Below the pieces are notes generated by a model, which was given only the letters and a program-made list of their open reading frames with translations, had not been told where the DNA came from and made no database searches. This document shows positions 47,803 through 56,897 of a stretch of 64,000 nucleotides of DNA, one piece after another (within the stretch, counting starts at the first letter, position 1; every line of letters starts with the position of its first letter). The DNA lies in contig JBMNHS010000001.1 in NCBI GenBank assembly GCA_050950505.1, positions 128,001-192,000 on the forward strand, written 5' to 3'. This stretch comes from Candidatus Methanomethylophilaceae archaeon. GTDB lineage: Archaea; Thermoplasmatota; Thermoplasmata; Methanomassiliicoccales; Methanomethylophilaceae. The position numbers were made by a program, and so were the translations under genes.

Positions 47803-48506
47803 TCTGTCGCCTCCGGTATGGTTATGGCCGCGGATGAACCGCCGATGATGAACACGTTCTTCTTGACGGTTTCGGTGCCGCTCTGGAATCTGACCATGTT
47901 GGCTCCGCTGCCCACGGTGGTGACGTATTCCAAAACGGTTGCCGTCTTGCCCGCGTGGTTACCCTCGATGATCAAGGCCGTTGCGCCCTCGGCGAGTGCG
48001 TAATGGTCCATGATTTTGTTCTCGGCGAAGTTGAGTTTGACCGTATCGCCGGTTTTGTAATCGTTCTTGTCCGAAAGGACATTCCTGCCGCCGGAGAGTT
48101 GAATCTGGAATTTGCCGCCTTTGACGATGGACTTTCCTTCGACCCTGCAAAGGGTCCATTCGGACTGGTCTGCGTCTATTTTCAATGCGGTGAGTTTTCC
48201 TTTGTCCGTCAGGAGAATGCGGTAGTGCATATCCATCTTGGGGATGGAAACCACGTCCATCAGTCCGATGGGCGTGTTGGGGTGTTTGACCGGCACTCCG
48301 CCGACCAGCACCTCACGGTTGCCTATGATTCTCTTGGCCTCCCTCGCGGTGTCACATACCCCGATTACGTCCCTGAGGACGACGGTCGCGGGCATAGCGC
48401 TCTCCACGGAGTGTGCTCCGGGAGAGGGTTTGGCGATCCATACGCTGGCCTTCTTCTTGATGGGCCAGGCTCTGGGTGCCGCCAATCTTTTCATGTGGTC
48501 GCTCAT
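47799..48506 (-). CDS. rps4e: 30S ribosomal protein eS4
   Basis: HMKRLAAPRAW, PSPGAH, GLMDV, GNHAG. Confidence 0.96.
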   Translation of the reverse strand: MSDHMKRLAAPRAWPIKKKASVWIAKPSPGAHSVESAMPATVVLRDVIGVCDTAREAKRIIGNREVLVGGVPVKHPNTPIGLMDVVSIPKMDMHYRILLTDKGKLTALKIDADQSEWTLCRVEGKSIVKGGKFQIQLSGGRNVLSDKNDYKTGDTVKLNFAENKIMDHYALAEGATALIIEGNHAGKTATVLEYVTTVGSGANMVRFQSGTETVKKNVFIIGGSSAAITIPEATE

Positions 48507-48880
48507 TGTTTAGCCTCCTTCTTGCTGTTCAGGGCGTCCATTCTCCAAGGGTCTTCTTCGTTGAGTTTCACAACGACGAGGTTGGAGGCATGGATGGGGC
48601 GCTCCGTGGAGGACCCGTCCGCCTGTTCTATTGTTATTCCTTCAATGGATACCCGGCCGGTTTTGGTGTAAACTTCCAAAACCTTTCCTTCGAATCCGCA
48701 GATGTCTTCGTTGCCCCGGAGCACCACGACGGAGTCTCCCTTGCATACCCTCACGCTGCGGACCCCGTATTTTTCGCGGAGTTCCTCACTGAGGTGGGAA
48801 GACATCGTCTTGCTCTTCTTGTGGGCAGGGGCGTTTGCCTGCGACTTCCTCTGTACCCTTGCTTTGCTACTTTTTGCCAT
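48503..48880 (-). CDS. rpl24: 50S ribosomal protein uL24
   Basis: QRK..ANAPAH, LSEELREKYG, KOW GDSVVVLRG, IHASN. Confidence 0.95.
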   Translation of the reverse strand: MAKSSKARVQRKSQANAPAHKKSKTMSSHLSEELREKYGVRSVRVCKGDSVVVLRGNEDICGFEGKVLEVYTKTGRVSIEGITIEQADGSSTERPIHASNLVVVKLNEEDPWRMDALNSKKEAKQ

Positions 48881-48890
48881 AACTTTCACC

Positions 48891-49289
48891 TCATACGATC
48901 ATGTTGGCGGTAGCGGATACACGGGGCCATCTCTCAGCGGCCTCTCTGGCCACCGGTCCTTTGATATCGGTACCTCTGGTTTCTCCGGTTTCGGTCGTTA
49001 TGACCGCGGCGTTGTCCTCGAAGGATATCATCGTGCCGTCGGCACGTCTCATTGCGCGCTTCTGGCGTACGATCACCGCGTACACAATCTGTCTCCTCAT
49101 CTGGGGAGTGCCTTTTTTGACCGAAGCCATGACCATGTCCCCAACACCCGCCGCCGGAAGTCTTCTGGCGACGCCGTGGTATCGGGGCACGGAGATGATC
49201 TCAATCACTCTGGCACCGGAGTTGTCAATTACGTTCAGGCGGGAGCCCGTGATAAGTCCGTTGGTTTGTTTTCCTGCGATTCCTTTCAT
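48891..49289 (-). CDS. rpl14: 50S ribosomal protein uL14
   Basis: DNSGAR, AGVGD, FEDNAAV, GPVAREAAERWP. Confidence 0.97.
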   Translation of the reverse strand: MKGIAGKQTNGLITGSRLNVIDNSGARVIEIISVPRYHGVARRLPAAGVGDMVMASVKKGTPQMRRQIVYAVIVRQKRAMRRADGTMISFEDNAAVITTETGETRGTDIKGPVAREAAERWPRVSATANMIV

Positions 49290-49294
49290 CAGGC

Positions 49295-49621
49295 TCACTC
49301 CTTCTTGGCTATGACCGCAAAGGATACGGTTTTGGAAATAGGGCGGCACTCCATTATGGTCACCTCATCGCCCGCTTTCACGTTCATGCAGGGCGCCAGG
49401 TGGGCGGAGTAACGTTTGGTCCTCTTTTCGTATCTTTCGTATTTGCCGTCATATTTTGTAAGTGTGCGTTCTACAACGGCGGTTTTGTCCATCCTGACGG
49501 ATGCGACGGTGCCGTTGATCGTCTGCCCCCTGACCGGTAATGTGCCGTGGAACGGGCACATAGGGTCAGTGCACTCGGCCTCAGGGGGCTTTACATCGAT
49601 TCCAATGTTTCTGGCTGTCAT
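49295..49621 (-). CDS. rps17: 30S ribosomal protein uS17
   Basis: CPFHG, KYERYEKR, ECRPISKT. Confidence 0.96.
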   Translation of the reverse strand: MTARNIGIDVKPPEAECTDPMCPFHGTLPVRGQTINGTVASVRMDKTAVVERTLTKYDGKYERYEKRTKRYSAHLAPCMNVKAGDEVTIMECRPISKTVSFAVIAKKE

Positions 49622-49626
49622 AATAT

Positions 49627-49881
49627 TCACCTTATTTTTTTGATTCTGTCCTCAGGCCTGAAGAGAATTTCCGACCCTTCAAGGTCGATATTCCCTTTAC
49701 CCATGACGAATCTGAACACATTGCCTGGCTTGGGTACCATTTTCTCAGTTCCGGCCGATTCTATGGTGAACGTGTTTTTGGTCTCATCGACCACTTTACC
49801 GGAAATTCCCGAGTATGGTGCAGACAGCACTTCCACGTCCAATCCAATGAGTTCAGTTCTCATGAGTTCCGCCTTCTTCAT
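49627..49881 (-). CDS. rnp1: ribonuclease P protein subunit Rpp29
   Basis: ELIGL, GKVVDETKNT, VPK, RPEDRIK. Confidence 0.9.
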   Translation of the reverse strand: MKKAELMRTELIGLDVEVLSAPYSGISGKVVDETKNTFTIESAGTEKMVPKPGNVFRFVMGKGNIDLEGSEILFRPEDRIKKIR

Positions 49882-50181
49882 TCATCTGACTTCCGTTGTG
49901 AATCCCATCTCCTCGAGGGTGGCTTTCACTTTGCGTTTGTGATCTCCCTGAAGTTCGATGCGTCCGTCTTTGTAGGTTCCGCCGGCGGCGCATTTGTTCT
50001 TCAGCTGTTTTGCCAAGTCTGCGATGTTGATGTCGTTTTCATCAATGCCGTCTATGACGGTGACCATCTTCCCGTACCTACGGGTGTCGACAGATATTCT
50101 GACGCTCTGCTGACCACGTGCGATTTCCTCGCACATGCACAGTTCGTCCGGAAGTCCGCAAACAGGACAGATTCCGCCCAT
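49882..50181 (-). CDS. translation initiation factor aIF1 (SUI1)
   Basis: CPVCGLP, RRYGK.VT, LKNKCAAGGT, IELQGDH. Confidence 0.94.
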   Translation of the reverse strand: MGGICPVCGLPDELCMCEEIARGQQSVRISVDTRRYGKMVTVIDGIDENDINIADLAKQLKNKCAAGGTYKDGRIELQGDHKRKVKATLEEMGFTTEVR

Positions 50182-50384
50182 CAGTTATCTTCCTCCTCCT
50201 TCTGGATGGTGAGAATCCGGGCGATGTTTGTTCTTATGGCGCGGATGGCGCCGGGGCTGGTGGGGGCTCCGCCGGTGGCGGCAACTCCCCTCTCGTGCAT
50301 GAGCTCGTCCCTGAGCTCTTTGAGCTTCTGGTTGCGCTCTTCCGCGGTCATGTCCCTGATTTCGGAAGCTCTGAGGGATGCCAT
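50181..50384 (-). CDS. rpl29: 50S ribosomal protein uL29
   Basis: LRASEIRDM, PGAIRAIRTNIARILT. Confidence 0.95.
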   Translation of the reverse strand: MASLRASEIRDMTAEERNQKLKELRDELMHERGVAATGGAPTSPGAIRAIRTNIARILTIQKEEEDN

Positions 50385-51148
50385 CACTGTGCCTCCCCGT
50401 CGGCGGTTTCGGCCGTTTCGGCGACTTCTTCCGCAGGTTCTTTGACTGCTTCTTCAACGGCGGGCTCTTCGGTGATGGTTTCGACCGTCTCTTCGGCTTC
50501 GAAGACTTCCTCTTTCGGAGCGAAGAGATCGGGGAATTTGCCCGACGCTTCGGTCTTGCCGAGAACGCCGATGTCCGTGGGCAGCTTGGAATCGCGGTCC
50601 ATTATCTCGACGGTGACGCCGATTACACCCATCTTGAGTTTCGCCACCGCGAAACCGCGGGTGATGAACTCCTCGCTGGGTTCGCCGCAGAACTTGATGT
50701 GGCCTTCCTTGAACTTCTCGGTCCTGTGTCTCTGACCGGTGAGTTTTCCGGCAAGGATGATGTGACAGCCGCGGGCGCCGGATTCCATGATCCTGCGCAC
50801 GGTGGAGTGTCCCGCCCTGCGGAAGTGCCATCCCCTTTCAAGGGAGAACGCCAGCTTTTCAGCCATAATCTGGGCGTTGAGGTTTGCGTTTTCGACCTCG
50901 ACGACCTCGATCTGGGGGTTTTCAAAGTTGAAATCGTTCTTTATGGCGTTGGTGAGGTTCTTGATGGTCTGTCCTCTCGGACCGATGACCAGTCCGGGCC
51001 TCTCCGTGATCAGCTCAACGTGGGTTCCGTTGGGCCTTCTCTGCACCTGCAGTCCTCCGAAACCTGCACGGCTTACCTCTTTCATGAGGTACTCCTTCAG
51101 AAGTACCCTGCGAATGTTCTCGGAGACGAACTTTCTTTCAGATGCCAT
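50384..51148 (-). CDS. rps3: 30S ribosomal protein uS3
   Basis: RPGLVIG, FRRAG, GKLTGQR, GVIGVTV; acidic tail. Confidence 0.96.
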   Translation of the reverse strand: MASERKFVSENIRRVLLKEYLMKEVSRAGFGGLQVQRRPNGTHVELITERPGLVIGPRGQTIKNLTNAIKNDFNFENPQIEVVEVENANLNAQIMAEKLAFSLERGWHFRRAGHSTVRRIMESGARGCHIILAGKLTGQRHRTEKFKEGHIKFCGEPSEEFITRGFAVAKLKMGVIGVTVEIMDRDSKLPTDIGVLGKTEASGKFPDLFAPKEEVFEAEETVETITEEPAVEEAVKEPAEEVAETAETADGEAQ

Positions 51149-51149
51149 T

Positions 51150-51599
51150 TCACTCCACCTCTTCTATTATTACTTCTATGTTGACGGTTTCCTGGTTCCA
51201 AGGGGTGGCTCTTCCCTGAGCCCTCGGCATGTGACCGGGAATGACCGCGCCTCTGGAAACCGAAATCGTGGAGATGACCATGCTTTCCACGTTCAATCCC
51301 TTGTATTCGGCGTTGGACATGGCGCTTTCCAAAACGGAAAGGACTGCCTTTGCCGCCTTTACGGGGTATCTTCCGGGGCCGACACCGGCTTTGTGGGATA
51401 CGCGTTTGTTGTATCTCTTCAAAGGAACGGGTCTCTTTTGCTCCATGACTTCTTCCAGCATTATTGCCGCAACTTCAACTTTCTTTCCGCGGATCATGCC
51501 GACGACTTCCCTTGCGAATTTGGGGGAAACGGGCATATCCCTGCCGACTGCTTTTGCGGAGATGTCGGGGTCTGAATCCATTGTATATCCTGAAAACAT
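51150..51599 (-). CDS. rpl22: 50S ribosomal protein uL22
   Basis: SPKFAREV, GRYPVKAA, NAEYKGL, PRAQGRA. Confidence 0.96.
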   Translation of the reverse strand: MFSGYTMDSDPDISAKAVGRDMPVSPKFAREVVGMIRGKKVEVAAIMLEEVMEQKRPVPLKRYNKRVSHKAGVGPGRYPVKAAKAVLSVLESAMSNAEYKGLNVESMVISTISVSRGAVIPGHMPRAQGRATPWNQETVNIEVIIEEVE

Positions 51600-51609
51600 A
51601 CCTTACACC

Positions 51610-52074
51610 TCACTTCAGCGGCATGAACTTCGAAGACCTGGTAGCTCCCACTCCGGGTCCCGAGTGCTGCGGCGTTCTTCTGTTGATTACGAATTCTCCG
51701 AGGAAGCAACCGATCATTTCGGGCTTGATCTCGAATTCCTTGAATTCCTTGCCGTCGTACACGGCAACGGATTTGCCGACGAACGCGGGTATTATGGGAA
51801 GGTCTCTGCGGTGAGTCCTTACCACTTCTTCGGATTCCATGAGGGCATCGAAGACTTTTTCCTGTTCGCTGTTCAGTCCGCGCATGTACGTGCGCCTTGC
51901 CCTGGCGGGCAAAAGCTCAAGAACTTCGTCGAACGGCAGTTCGATCAGTTCCTCCATCGTAAGACCGCGGTAGAGGAACTCTCTCTTCCTTCTCGCCTGA
52001 ATCGCGGACGCTTTCTTTCTGTCCCTGCGTCTGGATGCTTTGGCGGATCCTTGAATGATTTTCTTTCTGGCCAT
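51610..52074 (-). CDS. rps19: 30S ribosomal protein uS19
   Basis: FLYRG, RTHRRD, MIGCFLGEF, GVGATRSSKF. Confidence 0.96.
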   Translation of the reverse strand: MARKKIIQGSAKASRRRDRKKASAIQARRKREFLYRGLTMEELIELPFDEVLELLPARARRTYMRGLNSEQEKVFDALMESEEVVRTHRRDLPIIPAFVGKSVAVYDGKEFKEFEIKPEMIGCFLGEFVINRRTPQHSGPGVGATRSSKFMPLK

Positions 52075-52079
52075 ATCAA

Positions 52080-52784
52080 TCACCTCTTACCGGTCTTCTT
52101 TTTCTTCTTCTTAGCAATGAAACCGACCTTCTGACCGGGGGATGCCGTTCTGCTCTGGCAGTTGGGTCCTCCGACGTGGGGGTGGCTTCCACCGCCGTGG
52201 GGGTGATCCGCGGCGTTCATCGCTATACCGGCAACGTGCACGTTCGCCTTGGCTTTGGACCTGAGCTTGTGCACGTTGGCACCGGCTTTTCCGAGGGGTT
52301 TGTCCACCCTTCCGTTGCCGGCCACTATGCCGACAGCGGCTCTGCAGCCGGGGTTGAATTCTTTAAGCTCTCCGGAGGGCATTTCCAGGACGACGTATTC
52401 GCCTCTGCTCACGACGGACGCGGAATTTCCCGCGGCCTTCACGAATTTGCCTCCGTCTCCGGGCATTCCTTCGATGTTGTGTACCGGGGTACCCTCGGGA
52501 ATGCTTGACAGTTCCATTATGTTCCCGGACTTTATGCTGCCGGGACCCACCGTGACGGTTTGTCCGACTTTGATTCCCTCTGCGGCCAACTGATAGTTGG
52601 ATTTGCCGTCGAAATCTATGACGGCCAGGGGACTGGATCTGCCGGGTGCCTGAATCAGGTCTTTGACGACGCCGGCTCCCTCATTCATCGAGGGAAGCTT
52701 CACGTCGGCAACGTGCCTGTGGCTGGGAGAGCGGTACGAGGGCGTTCCGCGCCCTCTTCTCTGTGTTCTCAATCTCTTTCCCAT
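52080..52784 (-). CDS. rpl2: 50S ribosomal protein uL2
   Basis: MGKRLRTQRRGRG, GDGGKF, MNAADHPHGGG, PGQKVG. Confidence 0.97.
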   Translation of the reverse strand: MGKRLRTQRRGRGTPSYRSPSHRHVADVKLPSMNEGAGVVKDLIQAPGRSSPLAVIDFDGKSNYQLAAEGIKVGQTVTVGPGSIKSGNIMELSSIPEGTPVHNIEGMPGDGGKFVKAAGNSASVVSRGEYVVLEMPSGELKEFNPGCRAAVGIVAGNGRVDKPLGKAGANVHKLRSKAKANVHVAGIAMNAADHPHGGGSHPHVGGPNCQSRTASPGQKVGFIAKKKKKKTGKR

Positions 52785-52793
52785 TTGATCACC

Positions 52794-53075
52794 TCAGAAG
52801 ACTCCGACCCTCATGCCCACATCTTCGGCGGAATAACCTTCCGCAAGCTTGATGATGGCGTGTTTGCCGTCCTTCTCTATTCTCGTCCATACTCTTTCGA
52901 CTTTGACTTCGAAGCGCTCTTCGAAGACGGATTTGATGATTCCTTTGTCCGCCTTCCTGTGAACGATGAACTCAATCCTGTTCCCGTCGGAGAAATTCTG
53001 AGCGGGAGTGCCGGAGGTGTGGTTCATGGACTTCTCTGTGACGAGAGGTCTGATCAGCACATCGCTGCGTTTCAC
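52794..53075 (-). CDS. rpl23: 50S ribosomal protein uL23
   Basis: PLVTEKS, FIV, KHAIIKL; alternative GTG start at 53084. Confidence 0.92.
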   Translation of the reverse strand: MKRSDVLIRPLVTEKSMNHTSGTPAQNFSDGNRIEFIVHRKADKGIIKSVFEERFEVKVERVWTRIEKDGKHAIIKLAEGYSAEDVGMRVGVF

Positions 53076-53842
53076 TGTGCCCACTCTCCTATCTTCGCCA
53101 TGGCGGACTGTGTGTAAACCGTGAGACGTCCCGCATCTCCGCCGGGGGCGAGGATGCTTGTGTTGAGGGTGCAGACGGATTCAATGTCCACTCCGGGCAG
53201 GTTCGCCGCTCCTTTGAACACGGGGATTTCCCGGTCGGAAACGACTATCAGAATCGATTTGGGGGTGCGGTACCTTCTGTTCCTCATCTTACCCTTTCCG
53301 GCGCGGATTTTCGTGCCTTCCTTGGCGCGGTCCACATCGTATCCGATTCCTATGCTGTCGAAGAACTGCAATACTTCCGCGGTGGTCGAGATGTCCTGGA
53401 ATGCGTCTTCCACCACAATGGGGAAGGACACTCCGTCATCGAACCTGTGACCCCGCTGTTTCACGAACTCCGCATCCGCCGTTGCGGCGAGAGCGGATTT
53501 TCGGGCGATTGCCAGTTCCTTTTTGTTTATCTTCTGTGCCCAGATCCTCTCGGGGCGGGGCGGGTGTGCTCTGCGTCCCGTGACGTTGTTGGGCGATTCG
53601 GCTCCTCTCCTGCCTCCCTTGAGTCTCTGGACCCGGGCGACGCCGCGTCCTTTGCCCCAGGTGCTGACGGAATGCCTCAGACCCGCTTCTTTGGAGGGTC
53701 CGTAAGGCTGTCTTCCGTTTGCGTTGGATGCGAGAACGGCCTTTTTGATTATATCGGGCCTGAAGTCCGTTTCGAAAGCGACGGGCACATCGATTTTGCC
53801 GGAAACGTCTCCGGTCACCTTGTAAACGTTTGTCTGTTTCAT
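53072..53842 (-). CDS. rpl4: 50S ribosomal protein uL4
   Basis: RPDII, WGKGRGVAR, GRRAHPP, RAGKGKMR, LAPGG. Confidence 0.96.
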   Translation of the reverse strand: MKQTNVYKVTGDVSGKIDVPVAFETDFRPDIIKKAVLASNANGRQPYGPSKEAGLRHSVSTWGKGRGVARVQRLKGGRRGAESPNNVTGRRAHPPRPERIWAQKINKKELAIARKSALAATADAEFVKQRGHRFDDGVSFPIVVEDAFQDISTTAEVLQFFDSIGIGYDVDRAKEGTKIRAGKGKMRNRRYRTPKSILIVVSDREIPVFKGAANLPGVDIESVCTLNTSILAPGGDAGRLTVYTQSAMAKIGEWAQ

Positions 53843-53846
53843 TCAA

Positions 53847-54842
53847 TCATGCCCCCTGCTTGGATTCGGTGGACACGTAGGTCACTTCAGGTACGCTGAG
53901 CTCTGCTCCCTTGGGGGTTCTTGCCGCGTCTCTGAGCCTGATTATTCTCTTAGTGGGGCCGGGAACCGATCCGCTTACCAAAACGTAGGTGTTCCTGACC
54001 TCTCCGTAGTTGAGGAAGCCGCCCTTGGGGTTGATTTCGGCGCCTTCCTGACCCACTTTGATTATCCTCTTGTTGAATTCGGTCCTCTGGTGGTATCCGA
54101 GCTGACCCGCCATGGGTATGGTACCCCTGACGTAACCGGGCCTCTTGGGACCGAGGTTTCCGTAAAGACGGCGGTGTTTGCTGTTTCTGTGGGAAAGGAG
54201 CTTGATTCCCCAGCGCTTGACCGCACCCTGGAATCCTTTTCCTTTTGTCACCGCCACCACATCGACAAAGGAACCTTCGGGGGCGAAATCGGATATTGTG
54301 ACTTCGGTTCCGAGAATTTCCTTTGCGTAAGCGAGGCGCTCTTCGATGGTGCCTCCGCCTATTCTCAGCTCCATGAGCTCGGGTACCTTCTTTGATACTC
54401 CGGTAAGCAACTTGGGCTGTGTGTAAGCAAGAACTCTGACATCCTCGACGTCAAGACCGTCATACCTGGCGAAGGTTTCAGGGGTGTGTTCCTTGGGAAC
54501 CCTCATCTTCTTGTCCAGAAGGGGGTCAAGGTCGTTTGCCCATACTTCGCCGGCGGTCTTGAGACCGAGGGTAGTGTTTTCATAAAGCCTTACGGCTGCG
54601 ATTTTCATGGGAGGAACTTCCAGAACCGTTACCGGAGTCTGAACTTCCATTCCCGACGTTGTGCTCTTTGCGCGTTTGTCCACTACAAAGGCGTGCGTCA
54701 TCCCGGCCTTGTATCCGGCAAATCCCTGTATCTTGGGGGTGCCGTCAACTTCGGGCCAGGTGTGCCTAGGCCTTTGCGACTTCGCTCTTTTCCTGGGGCC
54801 GTAACCCTGGGATCCTCGTTTAGGACGTCTCCTCTGTGGCAT
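53847..54842 (-). CDS. rpl3: 50S ribosomal protein uL3
   Basis: PKRGS, GYKAGMTH, TKGKGFQG, GQLGYHQRTE, GSVPGP. Confidence 0.97.
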   Translation of the reverse strand: MPQRRRPKRGSQGYGPRKRAKSQRPRHTWPEVDGTPKIQGFAGYKAGMTHAFVVDKRAKSTTSGMEVQTPVTVLEVPPMKIAAVRLYENTTLGLKTAGEVWANDLDPLLDKKMRVPKEHTPETFARYDGLDVEDVRVLAYTQPKLLTGVSKKVPELMELRIGGGTIEERLAYAKEILGTEVTISDFAPEGSFVDVVAVTKGKGFQGAVKRWGIKLLSHRNSKHRRLYGNLGPKRPGYVRGTIPMAGQLGYHQRTEFNKRIIKVGQEGAEINPKGGFLNYGEVRNTYVLVSGSVPGPTKRIIRLRDAARTPKGAELSVPEVTYVSTESKQGA

Positions 54843-55015
54843 ATTTTCACTTCCTGCGAGGGTCTCTTCGCTAACCTCGCGGTGTTTTCGGTTGTCGGAC
54901 GGTTCGGATCTTCCGACCGTGACGTCCGTTCGGCCCGAGAATCATTGTATGCGGGACAAACTTGGGTTGCAATTGCATAGCCCGTTGCGTCTGGTCGGAC
55001 ATCATACTGTCCAAT
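54843..55015 (-). ncRNA. candidate structured 5' leader (r-leader) of the uL3 operon
   Basis: Four stem-loops between the TATA box and the SD (see findings). Confidence 0.45.
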
Positions 55016-55038
55016 CTAACGAATGTATCCCCATGTTG

Positions 55039-55055
55039 TACTTAAAACCTCTTAT
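55039..55055 (-). promoter_or_regulatory. BRE/TATA of the ribosomal operon
   Basis: Minus strand ATAAGAGG-TTTTAAGTA. Confidence 0.5.
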
Positions 55056-55147
55056 GCCCGTATAATAGGGGAAACCGAGAAAGAAAGAGTTTGGGAAAAG
55101 GATTTCGAAGGGTTCCGATCGCTTCCGCTTTTTTGTCCGAAAGACTT

Positions 55148-55480
55148 TCAGAAACCTTTCTTCGCCTTGTCCTGAGCCCGCTTCTTGCGGGCTTTGACAT
55201 CAAAACCGGTGACGGCTTCCACGAAAACGTTGAGTTTTCTCTTGGCGTCCAGAATGTCTTCGTCCTTCATTTCGCCGGCGGGAATGTCGGCATTCACGGT
55301 TTCCACCCTGATCGCCGATTTGGACATTATTTCCGCCTCGATGGATTCCAGCACGCCGTATTCCGAAGTGTGAATCCCGTCTTTCACTTTCACGTTTCCG
55401 AAGGTTTCCTTCATGATTTTTTCAAGTCCGCCTTCGTCGATTTTACTGAACCATCCTCGCTTTATGTCGTAATCTACCAT
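55148..55480 (-). CDS. DUF5611-like archaeal protein
   Basis: YDIKRG N-terminus, SEYG, N.FVEAVTGFDVKARKK C-terminus. Confidence 0.75.
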   Translation of the reverse strand: MVDYDIKRGWFSKIDEGGLEKIMKETFGNVKVKDGIHTSEYGVLESIEAEIMSKSAIRVETVNADIPAGEMKDEDILDAKRKLNVFVEAVTGFDVKARKKRAQDKAKKGF

Positions 55481-55484
55481 ATCG

Positions 55485-56474
55485 TCACATCCCGATTGCC
55501 AGGTCGTTTATGATTCCCCGTTCTATGTCCGCCGAACTGCCCAGCATCCTTTCGGCTTTGAGGTAATCTTTCCATTTGTCTCTGCATACGCAGGTAACTT
55601 CCAAGTCTTTAATATTCTGTGTGAAAGAGAACTTTTCCACGGCTTTCAATGCCTCGTTGTCGCATTTTCCGCAGTTGTGCACCCCTCTCTGGGTACCGCC
55701 TCCGGAAGGGGAAGACATGATTCTCGCCTCCACGTTTCCCGACAACCGCTCCATTACTTCGATCAGGGACCAGATCCACGGAGGTCTGAACTCCCCCCGC
55801 TTCCACAGACGTTCGGCCACGGTTCTCCGCTGAACGTTCAACGGATTTATCGATATCTCATCGGAATAACCGTCGGCGAATTTTGCCGAGGATACCGAAT
55901 CTTCGATCGCCTGCCCTTCGGTCACGAACAGAGGTTTGAGAAGAAGATAGGTTCTCACCGTCAGCCCCGCGTCGCGTATCGTTTCGCCGGCTTTCCTGCT
56001 GTCGCCGGGGGTGAATCCTTTCCTGATTGACTGTCTGAGAATCAGAGGGTTTGAACTTTCGAGTCCCAACGCCACGGTGGAGTTCTTGGGAAGGGATCCC
56101 GCCACGTCACCGTCGATGTATTCGGGGCGGCTTTCGAACAGAAGACGTTCGCATCCGGAAAACTCGTCAAAAACCCTTTCCCTCACGGACATGGGTATTT
56201 CATCAACGTCAAGGAAGCTCCCCGAAGTGTATATCTTGACGAAAGGCTCGTTTCCGTAACGGTTCATGACCGCGTCAAGTTGTTTCATCAAATCGGCTTC
56301 GCCGATTTCCGGGGCAGAGGCCACATTGTAACCGCACATTGTGCATCCCCCCGTCTTGGACCAACTGCAACCGCCGGTCCGCAGTATGGCAACCATCGTA
56401 TCGACGGTTTTCCCGGAAGATAGATCTTTTTCCTTCCACATCGCCTCGGGCTCGAAGGGCCTCCTTTCTTTCAT
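55485..56474 (-). CDS. archaeosine biosynthesis radical SAM protein RaSEA (TIGR01210-like)
   Basis: LRTGGCSW....GCTMCGY, KIYTSGSFLD, ESRPEY, YLLLKP, PPWIWS, RGVHNCGKC. Confidence 0.88.
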   Translation of the reverse strand: MKERRPFEPEAMWKEKDLSSGKTVDTMVAILRTGGCSWSKTGGCTMCGYNVASAPEIGEADLMKQLDAVMNRYGNEPFVKIYTSGSFLDVDEIPMSVRERVFDEFSGCERLLFESRPEYIDGDVAGSLPKNSTVALGLESSNPLILRQSIRKGFTPGDSRKAGETIRDAGLTVRTYLLLKPLFVTEGQAIEDSVSSAKFADGYSDEISINPLNVQRRTVAERLWKRGEFRPPWIWSLIEVMERLSGNVEARIMSSPSGGGTQRGVHNCGKCDNEALKAVEKFSFTQNIKDLEVTCVCRDKWKDYLKAERMLGSSADIERGIINDLAIGM

Positions 56475-56529
56475 GGTTCCACACTTATCCTTGACTGTAT
56501 TATATGCTTTCTGATTGGTTGAAATGAAA

Positions 56530-56781
56530 TTACCGTCCCAGTGCGGACTTGGCATAAGAACACAGCGAGGAATACTCCCTCCCTTCTTTTTCCGCATAAA
56601 TCCTGAAAGCTTCAGTAAGTTCCTTCGCCAGACCTTTTCCCCTCAGACTCGGTATCACGGACACCTGTAGCACCGTCAGACGCTCCCCGTCTTTTCTGTA
56701 AGTGAGACGTCCCCCTTCTTCGTTTTCGTAATACAATCTGAACGCCAGGGATTCGGCATCGTGTTCGATTCTCGCCGTCAT
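56530..56781 (-). CDS. YjdJ-like small GNAT acetyltransferase
   Basis: V.PSLRGKGLAKEL, LCSYA. Confidence 0.8.
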   Translation of the reverse strand: MTARIEHDAESLAFRLYYENEEGGRLTYRKDGERLTVLQVSVIPSLRGKGLAKELTEAFRIYAEKEGREYSSLCSYAKSALGR

Positions 56782-56897
56782 GACACCCGTATTCCCCGTT
56801 GAGGATTTTATTGTTCCCCGTTTGTTGAATCCCGGAGTGACCCGGATTCCGGGAAATGTTAATAATACCGATAATTATCCTCACACCGGTACGCCAC

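Noticed and set aside
54843-55015. C/D box sRNA or SRP RNA interpretation of the rpl3 leader
   Set aside because: ATGATG/ATGATT occur, but there are no properly spaced CTGA D boxes; too short for SRP RNA and lacks its motifs.
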